64,000 nt of DNA, taken from the NCBI RefSeq assembly GCF_009834535.1, contig NC_045696.1, positions 4,342,001-4,406,000 on the forward strand, read 5' to 3'. The stretch is from Camelus ferus (lineage: Eukaryota). The notes under the pieces were generated by a model. The model worked only from the letters and a program-made list of their open reading frames with translations, was not told the origin of the DNA and did no database searches. Positions 49,321-61,266 of this stretch are shown here, in pieces. Numbering within the stretch: the first letter of the stretch is position 1; each line of letters opens with the position of its first letter. The position numbers and the translations under genes were made by a program.

Positions 49321-51379
49321 TAAAGCCAGTATTTCTTTTTTCTCCAAGAGAAACCAATTGCCAAATCTTCAAAGTGGGAGAGACCCTGCAAGATGCCTGA
49401 ATGAGTCTATGTTACTGGTTTCAGCGATCACATTTTGGAAGGGGAGAGGACACTTCTTGATTTTGTATTTTTGCCATTCCGAGCAAGGACACTGTTCTAA
49501 AAGCTCAGTGGAGGCCTTTTGCAGAAGACTTCTGCCTCGTGACCACCTTTTAGGACATACTTAGTGCCCAAATGTACTGAGCAAATGTTCTGCATGAGTT
49601 ACTTTTCTAAGTAGATGGTTTCCTTTTGATCATAGTAATTGAAACTCCAACCCCCTTAAGGGGACTGGAAAGTGTGCGCTTGGTGGACGGGCGCTCACAG
49701 AGCAGGGGAAATTGTCTGCGAGGCTGTGCTTTCTGGTAGATTGTTGATTGTGGAAAATGCGCTTCCTGCAAATAGATCCCTCAGCTCAGCAGGCTACGCT
49801 GATCCCCCACTGACTGTATTTTTGTCTGGGTCGGCCGGGGCCCCTGTTTCCCGCTCCACCTTCTCTGCCATGTCCTTTGGGTTTTAACTTCTCTGTGTGT
49901 CATTTGGGGTGCTCAGTCCACTGAGGGGAGGGTGTACTAAAACCCACCTCTCCCTCTTCCAGAAGTGTCCCCTCCCTGTCCACACTCAGACCTGCCTTGC
50001 AGCTGGGGCAGCCCTCTCCCATGAAAGTGCTCGTCCTCCCCGCCCTGCCCGCAGAAGGCGTCCCGGGCACGTGCCGGCCCGCAGGGCCGGTGGGGGCGTC
50101 TGCGCCCGGCTCCTCCCGTTCCGACTCTCAAAGCCTCTCCTCTCCTCTTGGCGGTACAGTCCCTCGGCGTTACTTTCTGCCTCGCCAGCTACAAAAGAAG
50201 AACCAGAATCTTTCCACAACCATTTCATCCAACTTTCCACCTGCTCCTTTTTATTAAAAACCATTCTAGATCTAAATCCCCGTGTTCCACGTCTGAAAAG
50301 AGAAAAATGAAATTATTCAAATTCGAAGTTCAACAACCTAGAACAAAATTGTCAATTACATGAAATTGTACCTCCCTTGTAGGAAAAAAAAATTTAGAAA
50401 ATGCTCTTGATTATTTTAAAAACCGCAAATTGTCCAGGTTCCAGGGCTGCTCTTCACGCAGGATGCTCGGAGATCCGGGGGCTGCCTGGGAGGAAGGAGG
50501 CTTGCTTGGGTGTTTCCAGTTGGGAACTCAGGCAGTTCTCATCATCTTTTAGGAGTCCGTCCTGATAACGGCCATAGTGAGAGGCAGGCTGTAAGTCACG
50601 GGCAGGGACTCGATAACGTCCGGGACCAGAGAGGGGCGGGGGCTAGAATGTGCACAGCAGCTCGTGACCCCAAGCAGAGCCCATTAGTTTAACTTGCCTT
50701 GGATCCCATGCTTTATCTGCACCGTCACTGAGAAGTAGCTCCGATTTTCCTCCCAGCGTAGGAAGAAGGAATCCCTCGCCGCAGAACATTCTGCAGTAAA
50801 GCCAGAAATCTGCCTTCTTTCAGGGCACCGCTGAGAAGGCGCTCTGGGCCTGAGTCTTCTGTCACAGGGCTCCCACGGCACACTGAGAAACTCAGAAACT
50901 TTCTCTTACTTATCTTGAGTTCTCATCAGGTAATTAACTCTCAGCAAATGACAGTGAAGCAAGCTCACCTGTGGTGGAGCGGGTGGGGGATCTTTGATGG
51001 GAGCTCACTCACCCTGCTTTGTTTCTAAAGAGCATGAGTCCCAGACGGGTTGCCTGGTTGCATGGCAACTGGACGGTGACAGCTGAGCCCTGGCCTTCTG
51101 CCCCGATCCTCCTTTCCCAGGCGGGCCACACGGCCTCTTAGAGCTCTGGGCAGGGGGAGGCCACTCGATGGGGTGGCCAGTGGTGAGGTGAGCCTAATCT
51201 CTTGGGTGACTTTTGTGTTCACGTACTTTACATGAACAGCGAGAGGAGAGCCCGCCGGCACCAGCCCTGGGGTCTGAGGGGCGCAGCTGTCTGCAGGAAG
51301 TTAGGACGAAGGGCTTGTAGCAACTCCTTGTAGGATGCTGTGTGTCCACGGCCTCTTCTCAATCAACGTGGGTGCTGCA

Positions 51380-51548
51380 GCTCCCTGGAGAATGTTCCTT
51401 CATCTTACTTGAGCCTCCATGTCTTCATCCATGATGGGGGTGACAATAACGTCTCGCTCATTGGGCTTTGGAAGGATATTTGGCCCTGTCATCTGTGGCT
51501 GGCACAGACCACACACTTGGTAGATATTAGCCGAATTTATTATTATTC
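51380..51548 (+). mobile_element. MIR fragment
   Basis: tgagcctccatgtcttcatccatgatggggg...ctggcacag...tattagc...ttattattatt. Confidence 0.55.
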
Positions 51549-53379
51549 GTTATGGAACAACTTGCTCAGTATACACCTGGATGGTGGAGACAGGTGGTCC
51601 TCCTGGTAATCAGAGAGTTGGGGGACGTTCTCTCTGTCAAGGACGCTTGGAGGATGTTCCATATCTAAATCCTGCAAAGGGACTGGATGACCTCTCTGGG
51701 CGCCTCTGGGCCTCTCTGTTTAAAATAATCTGTAAAATGTTTTAAAGAAAGAGGGCTTATGTTTCCAGGGCTTCCCCCCGCCCCTTTCCTTTAATCAGAT
51801 ACTATGTAGCAAATAAATGAGATGTTCTGTTCTCTCCTATTGGGGATATTTTGAAAGCTAAAATAATTTCAACTTCTGATTTCTTTTAAAAAGAAAAAAA
51901 AAAAACCCAAACTAAAAATGCCTTCATCTCTACAGCTGAATTTTAAATCACAGAGCCAGATTATCGATGTTCACCCAGAGAATTGTAGCAGAGTCATTAA
52001 ATCTTATTACAAAGCGAAGTGCAGAAAGTAATTGCACATATTTGTAAGTAGCTTAGAATTGATTAAAAATGCATAAAGAAAAGCTGCAAAATTCTCCGCA
52101 GACCCAAGGATGCTACCCTCTTAGGGAAGCCATTACAGCCGCTCAGGCTTTGAGTAACCGTCCCAGTGTCCCTGTGAACGGGCAGGAAGTGGGGGCTCCT
52201 GGCTCTTCAGCCCTGGGAGCAGAGCCAGGGCAGCCCGGAGAGGTTGCTATGCTTTGGCAAACCCAGGAGGAGTGGAATTCACCTTCTTTTGGGGAAGTGT
52301 TGCAGAAAGCTCACCGTTATACTGACCTCATCGTCTGGAATATCACCCCTCTCTCTTTTCTATTCTGTTTTTTTCCCCCCTCCTGGTCACTCACACCTAT
52401 TTTTGCAGCCAATTTAGAAGACTGCACTGAAAAACCATACCTAGGTGCACTCAGGTATGTTTAGTCACTGTAAAACCAGTGTGCAGTTAAATGTACAGTG
52501 GGAGGAAGTTGATAAATCTCTGTCACTAGTAATAGAATCTAAACTCCTGCGGGCAGGGACCAAGTCCCCAGACCTGCTGTTCAGTAAGGCCCCTCTTTTA
52601 GTCCAGCACCACATACTGAAGGAAGTGGAAACCCAAGAAAATGTCCTCGAGTGTAAGCTCCTTATTGTACTTGATTTTTTGAGTAATTAACTGCATCTCA
52701 TGCCTTTGGGGGGAGTTGATTACTTCAAAAAGTGGCTTCCACTTGAATGAGAGGCTGAGCACATATATTTCTTTTCTCTTCGTCAAAAAATCCTATTCAA
52801 AAGAGGGTTAAGGAATGAAAAATGAATTACTTATAGTCCTAATGAGGGTCGGAGGGAAACCATCACTGACTGACAGCTTTCTGTACGCTTCCTGAAGACA
52901 AAAGCAGGTGAAGTACTAGTGACTGAGAAATCAGGGGACGAAGGTCCAGAGGACTGTAACTAGGAGACCCCAACTACACACCTCTCCCTGTGCCCGGCAG
53001 CACCCCACGGAGGGCAGGGTGGGGGTGAGACAGGGAGGGTGAACCAAGAGCTGAGCCCTGGCAAACCCCTTCCTACTCTTTGAGGACAGAACAGCCACTA
53101 GGCAGATGTTTACCCCTCAGGCAAAAAGACAAAGGATTCTTCACTAAAGAAATTGAACCAATTGTCTGAGAAAAAGCAGCAGACGGGCGCCCCAAGGCAG
53201 CGCATCTGAGCCCCCCTGCTGCCGCCTGTCTCCATCCCGCTCAGGCTGGGTGAAACCTTCCGTAGGAGGGGCCTTGTTACAGACACAGGGCTCATGGCTC
53301 TGCCATCACAGTGTTTTAAAATATGAACAGACGACGGGGGCGCACGGATGTTTGAAGAGAGTCAGCAGCCTAACAGAGA

Positions 53380-54560
53380 AAGGCAAAGACAAGCAAGCAG
53401 AGGAACATGTCCCAGAAGAAACACAGTTCAAGGAATAAAAGTGTACTTTAAAAAATTCTAATTGGTGTCCCTGGAGAAATTTGAGAAAGATATAAAATCC
53501 ATAACACATAAACAGGATTAAAAAAAAAAAAAGACAATTGGAGAACAAGAAGGGTCTTCTGTTGAGTTAAAAAAAAAAAAAGAGCTTCAAAGTACAAAAT
53601 TCAACAGAAGGTTTAACAAGGAAATCTCTTCTAAAATGGGACAAAAACAGAAAAAACAAAGGGACAGAAATACGTGCAAGCACCTAAGTGACAACAAAGA
53701 CAGATTAAAAGGGCTGCAGACGAGAGTGTTTCCGTTAAGAGAAATGTCATTGAAGGAATACTAGACAATCATTTCCTAGAACTGAAGAAGGTATGTCCTG
53801 TCCTTGGACTGAAATGGTCCTCTGATCCTAGCACAACGTATGAGAAAGAAGACACTGAGGCACATTTTTACAAACGTTCAAAATTTACTAATTAATAGAA
53901 GATTCTGAAAGCCTCCAGAGAGTAAGAAATGTTCACCTACGAAGGCTCAGAGTCAGACTGCCTGTGAAATTCTTACAAGATTAATGTCCCAAGACAGGGA
54001 GGAATGTCTTCTGAGTTCTGAGACAAGTGATTTACAGCCTAGAATTCTACATGCAATAAACTTATCAACTAAGTGTGAAGACAAATTACACGAGAACCCA
54101 GAAGTTTTACTTCCAAGGCAAACTTTGTGACAATGCTATTCGAGGATGTGCTCCAACAAAACAAGGGAGTAAACCAAAAAAGGAAAACTTAAGGTCCAGG
54201 AAGAATAGATTCTACCTAAAATGACAACTCTGCAACAAAACTAGAGAGAGATTAGTCTAGAGCAAAAAGACTCAGTAATGACATGTGAATGGAACATAAA
54301 GGATTCTATATATATGAAAATGTCCTTGAGGCACTGAATGATGGTACATATCTGATAAAAGCAGACATGACAAGGTAGGTAGATGGATAGAGAGATAATT
54401 AAGTACTATAGGAAAAATAAAAGGCTTATAGAAGGAGAATTTAATTACACTATTATTTTGATGTTATTGATTTTTACCTTTTAGAACCAACCTAGAGACT
54501 AATCACAATAATGATTATAGAACAAAATGTATTAAACTATTAACATTGGCAATAAAAAAG
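53380..54560 (+). mobile_element. HAL1 / ancient L1 ORF1-like remnant
   Basis: A-rich sense strand; catttcctagaactgaag, gattctgaaagcctccagaga, cctagaattctacatgc, gaggatgtgctccaacaaaacaagggagtaaaccaa. Confidence 0.7.
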
Positions 54561-55814
54561 CAAAAGTATAAAAGTCTGGGAAGAGTTTAAACCTAGATTT
54601 AAGCTCAATCTCTTATTTCCTGGTTTCCCCCCTTATTATTCCTGAGTAAGGAGATGAGCGTGTTCTGACCTCTGATTTTCTTGGATGTTCCCATTGTATA
54701 CCAATAAATATTACACAATAAGGGTATGTGCATCTGGAGCATCTATAAAGCTCTCCAGAATGTCCCCACTTCTTCCTAACAGCTGCAGTTCTGGTTGGGA
54801 ATTGACAAACAGGCTTCTGTTTGGCACATCTCCTTCTCTACCATCCTCAGATCATGTCCGAGGTGACTACCTTTAAGTATCAGACTGGCTTTGTCTGTGT
54901 CCTTCTTTTTCATTTGAACTGTTTCGACCCTTGCAGCCATCTTGCTTGCAGCTCTGCTTCCCAGAAAGGCTGCATTCCCTGCATGCCTGTATGGTGAGGG
55001 CTGCATATTCCATGGTGCAGAGCTGTCCCTACGTGTAGAGGAGAGGTTATGGGCCAAAGGAAGCACCTAACCCCTACATTTGGCTTTAGCATTAGAGTGT
55101 CACGGATGCAATGCTGTATTTATCCGTGTTGCCCTGGCTTTCTCTTTGGAAAATGTCACATTCAGAATGGAAACCCAGGGAGGTGATTATCCAGATGTAT
55201 TTGCTGATGAGCAATTGTATTCCTGCAGAGGGATAATGGAGCAGGGTGGAGGCTGCTGAAATTTATTCCCTCCATATTTTATTCCTCAGCATTATTCAAT
55301 GTTCCTTCTTGGCATTTGAGACTGATTTTTCCTAGGCTAAACAGATATAAATGCTTATAGCATAAAGTACCTGTTCTCTACAGGTAGTAAAAACGGGCAT
55401 CTCTAAATTCATTCATCCAGATCCCATTGTGGGGACTCGGCTCAGCTTGTTCAACCTCCCATTACAGGACAGGATAATGGTAAGAGTGTGGGGAGGACCA
55501 GGGGTCAAAAATCTGATGAGAATTCAGGGACACTTTGACCTTTGGGAGAAAGGGCCGTCTCCCTCTGAGCAATGCAGGAATGGCCCCTTCCTTCAACAGG
55601 GAAGGCCGTGTCAGTCTGGTTAGTGCTTCACCAAGAAGGGGGGCTCGGAACCCAGAGCAGCACCCACTCCTACCTTTCTCTCCCTGGCGTCTGGGCACAA
55701 GCACCAGTGTGGAGGGAGGAAGGGATGGAGATGTGTTGAGAAGAGGAGATAAAGATTTGGGAGGTGGGGGCAGGATGCGGCCATGTGTAACGCACACACT
55801 ACGTTCTTTGTTGT

Positions 55815-56170
55815 TGTTTTTGTTTTCTTTCAAGACATGTTCCTTGGTAGATGTTCTAAGAGACACGAAGATGACCCAGACACAGATCCTGCCCCAAAGG
55901 AGCTTACAGTCTAGCAGAGGAGACGGGGCGCAGGCTCAGGAAGCACAGTCAGGGCTTTGTTTCCTTCAGGAGAGCCTAATGCTGCGTCTAAAGCAGGCTG
56001 GGCTCAGGAAGAGCTGACGGAAGCCGAGAGGCCATCATGGGCGTCATCTGGGTGAGGAGGGAAGAGATGTGAGAGGCTGGGCAGGCAGAACGGCCGGGCT
56101 GAGCTGGAGAGCGGAGTGGGGATTACGGAAGGGGCGCAGGTGACGGAGACGTGGAACGCCGGCCACAACA
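55815..56170 (-). mobile_element. LINE-2 3' fragment
   Basis: agacacagatcctgccccaaaggagcttacagtctagcagaggagac...gctttgtttccttcaggagag. Confidence 0.65.
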
Positions 56171-56238
56171 TCAACAGAAAGAGCCACGGGGTAGGTTTGT
56201 GGAAAGAAATAAAAAGTGTCACATAAAATTCTTCTGCA

Positions 56239-56521
56239 TTTTTAAAAATTGAAGTGTAGTTGATTTACAGTGAGTTAGTTTCTGGTGTGCAGCCGAGTGA
56301 TTCAGTTCTGTATATATGTGTGTGTGTATTCTTTTTCATATTCTTTTCCATTATGGTTTATGACAAGATGTTGAATGTAGTCCCCGTGCTACACAGTAAG
56401 ACCTTGCTGTTTATCTGTTTTATATACGGTAGCTTGTATCTGCTAATCCCAGACTCCTCATCTATCCCTCCCCACAACCCCGTTACAGACTCACAGACAC
56501 AGAAAACAAATTTACGGCTGC
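56239..56521 (-). mobile_element. L1 3' end with short inverted 5' segment (56485-56521)
   Basis: Antisense 3' UTR to ...ccctccccacaacccc, then sense acagactcacagacacagaaaacaaatttacgg; TSD not convincingly visible. Confidence 0.88.
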
Positions 56522-56900
56522 GTGTTTTCTCAAATTCGTTTTGCAAATACGCACATTCATTGTAGAACGAGCGAACACTTGAAAGCGCAGCCAGACGCCG
56601 CGCACAGAAGCCAGACCCCCTCGGGCGCGGGCTGTGTGTCCCCGGGCGGTCCCCTCTTCTTGTTCTGAAATTTCCTTTTTCCCTGCAGCGGCCCTTTCCT
56701 TGGCAGCAGGTCCGAATCTGAGGGGCTGCCCCCCGAGCTCTCCACTCTGCCGGCTTTGCCAGCAACCCGCTTGGCCCCTCAGCACCTGTTCCGTCCCTCT
56801 GGGCTCTGGCTGGCGGCCCGACAATCCACCAAGATCGGCAGCACGCAGGGCTGTGCCCAGAGGGGACATCTGGTTACCTCGCTGCAGGCGGCTCATTGTC
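56510..56900. promoter_or_regulatory. CpG-rich unique block (candidate regulatory element)
   Basis: Many CpGs (gcgaac, cagacgccgcgc, tcgggcgcggg, cccgggcgg) outside recognisable repeats. Confidence 0.35.
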
Positions 56901-56967
56901 CTGTTGCCCAGGAGTGAAACCACACGGAATAATTTCCTTGCATAAGCTTTCTTAAAGGAAGCCAGCT

Positions 56968-56969
<2 letters not shown>

Positions 56970-57006
<37 letters not shown>
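56970..57006. repeat. (TG)18 microsatellite
   Basis: Read directly. Confidence 0.97.
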
Positions 57007-57010
<4 letters not shown>

Positions 57011-57058
57011 TTATATGATGAATGATGAGTTTGGAAGCATTGAAAATAGAATCTATCT

Positions 57059-57060
<2 letters not shown>

Positions 57061-57093
<33 letters not shown>
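57061..57093. repeat. (CA)16 microsatellite
   Basis: Read directly. Confidence 0.97.
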
Positions 57094-57095
<2 letters not shown>

Positions 57096-58142
57096 GCACA
57101 GACAAGCATCACACAAGCTCCCAAGGAAAAGCCAAGATCGCAGACAACGCTATTGGGGCTGCCAGTATTGTGCACTGTGCTCAAGCCAGATGCTCAGTTG
57201 ATTTCCCAAACATGCTGATCTTTCTAGAATCCCCCACATTTTATTCCAGTCCCCACAGCATCCACACCTGTATTCTCTGCACTGGGCTGAGGGTGTCTGA
57301 ACCTCATTTTCAGAGCATGATGATTTATGTGGAGTTACAGTTCTTATTTTTATATCTTCTCCCTTTTGCACCAACAATAATCGTTGGGAGAAGTGGGGGA
57401 AAACATAACTGTCTCCCATCTACTGGCGGGTAGAGCAGGGCCGGGCATTCTGACACGGTCTTGACCGGCTTCCGGGAAAAGCCTGCTTGCTCCCAATGGT
57501 GGTATTTAATACAGGAGGGGTGAGCCGGAGGGCTGGTGCTCGCTAAGTGACATTGTTAAGAGAATTAATCAGGGTGGCTTGGAGGTCAGACGGTGATGGC
57601 AGTGATGACAATGATGGTGATGCTGACAATGGTGACCACCCAGCTGGCATCGGGAGAACTGGGTTAAGGACACAGCCTTAGTTAGGAGCCCGCCACCCTC
57701 TCATTTCTGGCAGTCAGTGTCAGAGTAATAAAGGAGAGTCACGAACACGTTTACTATTTTTCTCTCATCTATTATGATAACTTAACAGGCTTGTTATTGT
57801 AAACAAACTTACTAGAGTCATTACATTTTTTTGGACATTAAAGAACTTAAATTTTTCCTTTTTACAAAAACAGAGCCTTTTTAACAGAAAAAAACTCAGA
57901 AAATAAAGTCAAAGCAAAATGACAACACTCAATACCTCCCCCGTTCTTAGGCCCATTTGTTTACGTAATTCTCAACTTTTATACACACAGATAAATCACT
58001 AAAAATAGCATCTTATTGTATAGTCTTCTAAACTTTTCACTTAAAATTGGAACACTGGTGTCCCTGACTTGTGTCTGCACTCAGCTTAGGGACATTCCAT
58101 GATTTGTTTTAATCAGGTCCCTAGTTTGATATTTAGTTTTTC

Positions 58143-58317
58143 TTTTTCTTTCAAAAAAATTTTTTTATTGAAGTGTGGTTGATTTACAATGTGAGTGTCA
58201 GGTACAGCAAAGGGATTCAGTTATACACATACATCTATGTATTTTCTTCTCAGGTTCTATTTCATTATATGTTATTACAAGAAATTGAATGTAGTTCCCT
58301 GTGCTGTACAGCAGGTA
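58143..58317 (-). mobile_element. Short L1 3' end, probably inserted into an older L1ME-like remnant
   Basis: ttattgaagtgtggttgatttacaatg...; perfect 14-bp TSD atatttagtttttc at 58129-58142 and 58318-58331. Confidence 0.9.
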
Positions 58318-58840
58318 ATATTTAGTTTTTCAATGTGAGAAATGAATTAGATAAGCATTAGTGCAAACTGCAGTAAAACTCTAAATGATCCAGCCCCAAA
58401 TTCTGCTTTGAGTTTAAATATCCAAATAATAAAGGAGAGAAAAATAAGATCCCGAGGCACAGTGTGTGTGCAGGTGCTGTTTTAGGCAAGTCGTTTTGTT
58501 TCCCGGTTCCATACCACCAGGTCTGACTGCCAGTTACCTGGCTGCCTTGTGTTCTCTGGGACCTGGAGGGGGCCACGGGGAGGTGCACTTCAGACTGTAT
58601 TGTGATGCTCACATGCTAGGAACCTGCAATCGATTTTCCTCTACATGAGAGGCTGTTAAATCAACTCTCTGCCCTTCAGCCGAAATCCAAGTGCATTTCT
58701 ACCTAGGATGAGGCAAATATGCCTTAATGAAAAACCATGAGACTCTGAGCACTGGGTGCCCTCACCTTCACAACCAGTGGACTACAGTCATATGATTGAG
58801 CTCACTAAAACCCTGGTGATATTGTGGGATGAGGCCAGAG

Positions 58841-58854
58841 GTTTCCATGGCAAC
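58841..58854. promoter_or_regulatory. RFX X-box motif
   Basis: GTTTCCATGGCAAC fits the RFX consensus GTTNCCATGGNAAC; motif only. Confidence 0.45.
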
Positions 58855-60264
58855 TGAAATGATACACAAGCCCTCAGAACAGGGTGTCACAGAGGCCCAT
58901 GGAAGGAGAGGAACATGGATGTAGTCAGGAGGTGGGCGGAGACCCCTTCTTTCTTTCCTGCATTAGAAGGAAGGGCCGGTGCTGGGCCACCTTGTCAGGT
59001 TGCACAGTTCCTTTTCTGCACCTTCCTGCCTGTCCTCTCTCCTCCCTTCTCTATATCTCTCAGCCCCTCTCTGTCGGGGCTACTTGGGAATTCCACCTGG
59101 CATCCCCAGCTAGGAAGCATCCTGTGGACCCAGCCTGACTGTTCCTTCTTCTCTGCTGCAGGTGCTTTCTCTGCCACCTCTTCAAGGACTGATAGCACGG
59201 ACCTGGACATGCTACCATGGTGAAGGCCATGGAGGCAAATGTCCACTGATGTCCACAATTTTTTGTCTTAGTAGGTGATTTCCACAGATAGGCTGCTTCA
59301 TCCAGGACTGAAAAATAACTGAACTTCCACGGGCTTTCCACTCTAGCACTGATTGTTAGAGACCAGGCTGAGAATGATGAGCCTCATTCCAATCCAGGCA
59401 GAGAAGGGCAGCACTGCGATGGACTAGTGATGTCTGCTACGGGTGTGGGATGGACAGTGTGATGCTAAGCCAAGTACATGCTAACCTTCCTTTAATCCAA
59501 CTGCTAAATGTCAGATCATAGGAAGGCTGGGGAAAGACATAGAAAAACAACAGTTGAGGGGCTCTGGGGTCTGTTTGCATGGAAGCATTCTTGTTTGCAC
59601 ACTGATTTAACCACCCTTCCCTTATGACACATTCTCACAGCATCAGAGTCCTGGGGACCATCGTCAAATCTGATGGTGAAGAAAAATGAACAACCTATTT
59701 GTCTCCATCATTCATGTCTACATAGAAACTTGGGTCTGAAAAGATGGATTTTTCTTATTTCTAATCATCTTGATTATCACCTGAAGTCTTAACTGAAGAA
59801 AATACCTTCTAGAACTTGAAAAGAAAAAGCCTCCTCTTGTTTGGCAAGCTCAAGCTGGAGGACGCATGCTTCACAATAAATGGTTTGTGTCCTCTTCAAA
59901 GTTTGCTTCTCATTTGCACAGGTGTTTGGAAGATAGGGCCAGGTATTTCCCCCAATCAGACTTGCATGTGGTTTCTAGAATACGGTCTGTTAGAAGCTTA
60001 ACGCTATCCGCAAATTTAGTTTCTATTTAGTTATACTGCTGCCCAGATGGACCATGAGCCGGACAAATACTAATCGCATATAATAATCAAAAATATATTG
60101 TTTGGGATGAAAAGTAAAGTCGAGGAAGGTATAATGGACCCTGAAGGTGAATGCGGAAAGGACATTTCTTATGTACCTAGTGGGGTGACAGTGAGCCCCC
60201 TTGAAGGAGACGGCTGATGCAGGGGCATGGGGAGGGCCTCTGTGCCCTGCTCTGGGTCCCCCAG

Positions 60265-60762
60265 CGTGCTAGTTTCCTGCTGCTGTTGTAACCCGACAAC
60301 TACAAGCCCAGTGGCTTCAAACACACTTACTATCCTACAGTTCTGGAAGTCCGAGGTCATGAGGTTAAGGTGTCCTTAGGGCTGGTTCCTTCCAAGGTTC
60401 TAAGGCAGACTCTTGCTTCCTTGCCTTTTCCAGCTTCCATAAGTCGTCTGCACATCTTCCCTCACTGCCTTTTCCTCCATCTTTAAAGACGGCAGTGTAG
60501 CATCTTCCAGGCTCTCTCCCGTCTCCAACTTGGACTCTGCCGCCACTGTCACATCTCTCTTTGTCTTTGATGATTTTGCCTCCCTCTTGTAACCATCATT
60601 GCAATTAGACTGGGCCAACTCAGATCACTCGAGAGAGCGTCCCTGTCTCAAGATCCTTAATCACATCTGCAAAGTCCCCACTGCCCTGTAAGGCAACCTA
60701 TTCACATGTCCCAGGAGTTATGACATGAGCTTCTTTAGGGGGGCCATTACTCTGCCACCACA
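60265..60762 (-). mobile_element. MaLR LTR (MLT1C/D-like)
   Basis: tagtttcctgctgctgttgtaac...cctacagttctggaagtc...tctcaagatccttaatcacatctgcaaagtccc...ggccattactctgccaccaca. Confidence 0.9.
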
Positions 60763-61150
60763 CTCAGCATCAGGAGTTGTCCCCGCAGCCTGCTCCCAGC
60801 AGGTCGGGCCACCTGGCGGAGATGCTCCCAGTTCTGTGTCGTTAGGCACTGAGCTACTGGCTGAAATCCCGCCCTCATGACCTGCTTTCACCTTGAAGAC
60901 AACAGCAAAACCCCTTGGCTATTTTAAAGAGAGTAAAGCGCATCAACCTTGCAATTAAGATATAAATAATTTCTATCCTAAGTCCTACCTGCAGCGCATT
61001 ATGAGTGAAGGCGACTAGATCTTTAGAAACAGCATCATCGCTCTCAAGACAGCCTGTTCCCATGGGCGAGTTCTCCAAACCTACAGTCCTTGGTAATATG
61101 TGCGTGACCTGCCGGCCGTCCTGCTTCAAAAGGAGCTGGGCTGCGTGATG

Positions 61151-61175
61151 CTTTTTTTTTTTTTTTTTTTTTTTT
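61151..61175. repeat. Poly-T run (~24 nt)
   Basis: Read directly. Confidence 0.95.
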
Positions 61176-61252
61176 GCTTTCCAGAATCTTCCCCCTCCTC
61201 CCCCCCCGCCCCCATATTGAGAAGTCTAACCTGAAAGTTCTGGGAACTGGTC

Positions 61253-61266
61253 ACAGCAGAGGGCGC
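61253..61266 (+). promoter_or_regulatory. CTCF core motif
   Basis: ACAGCAGAGGGCGC matches 13/14 positions of CCASYAGRKGGCRS; motif only. Confidence 0.5.

Noticed and set aside
57592..57637. Degenerate (GAT/GGT)n tract as an acidic or His-rich coding segment
   Set aside because: Common decayed trinucleotide repeat with no surrounding ORF
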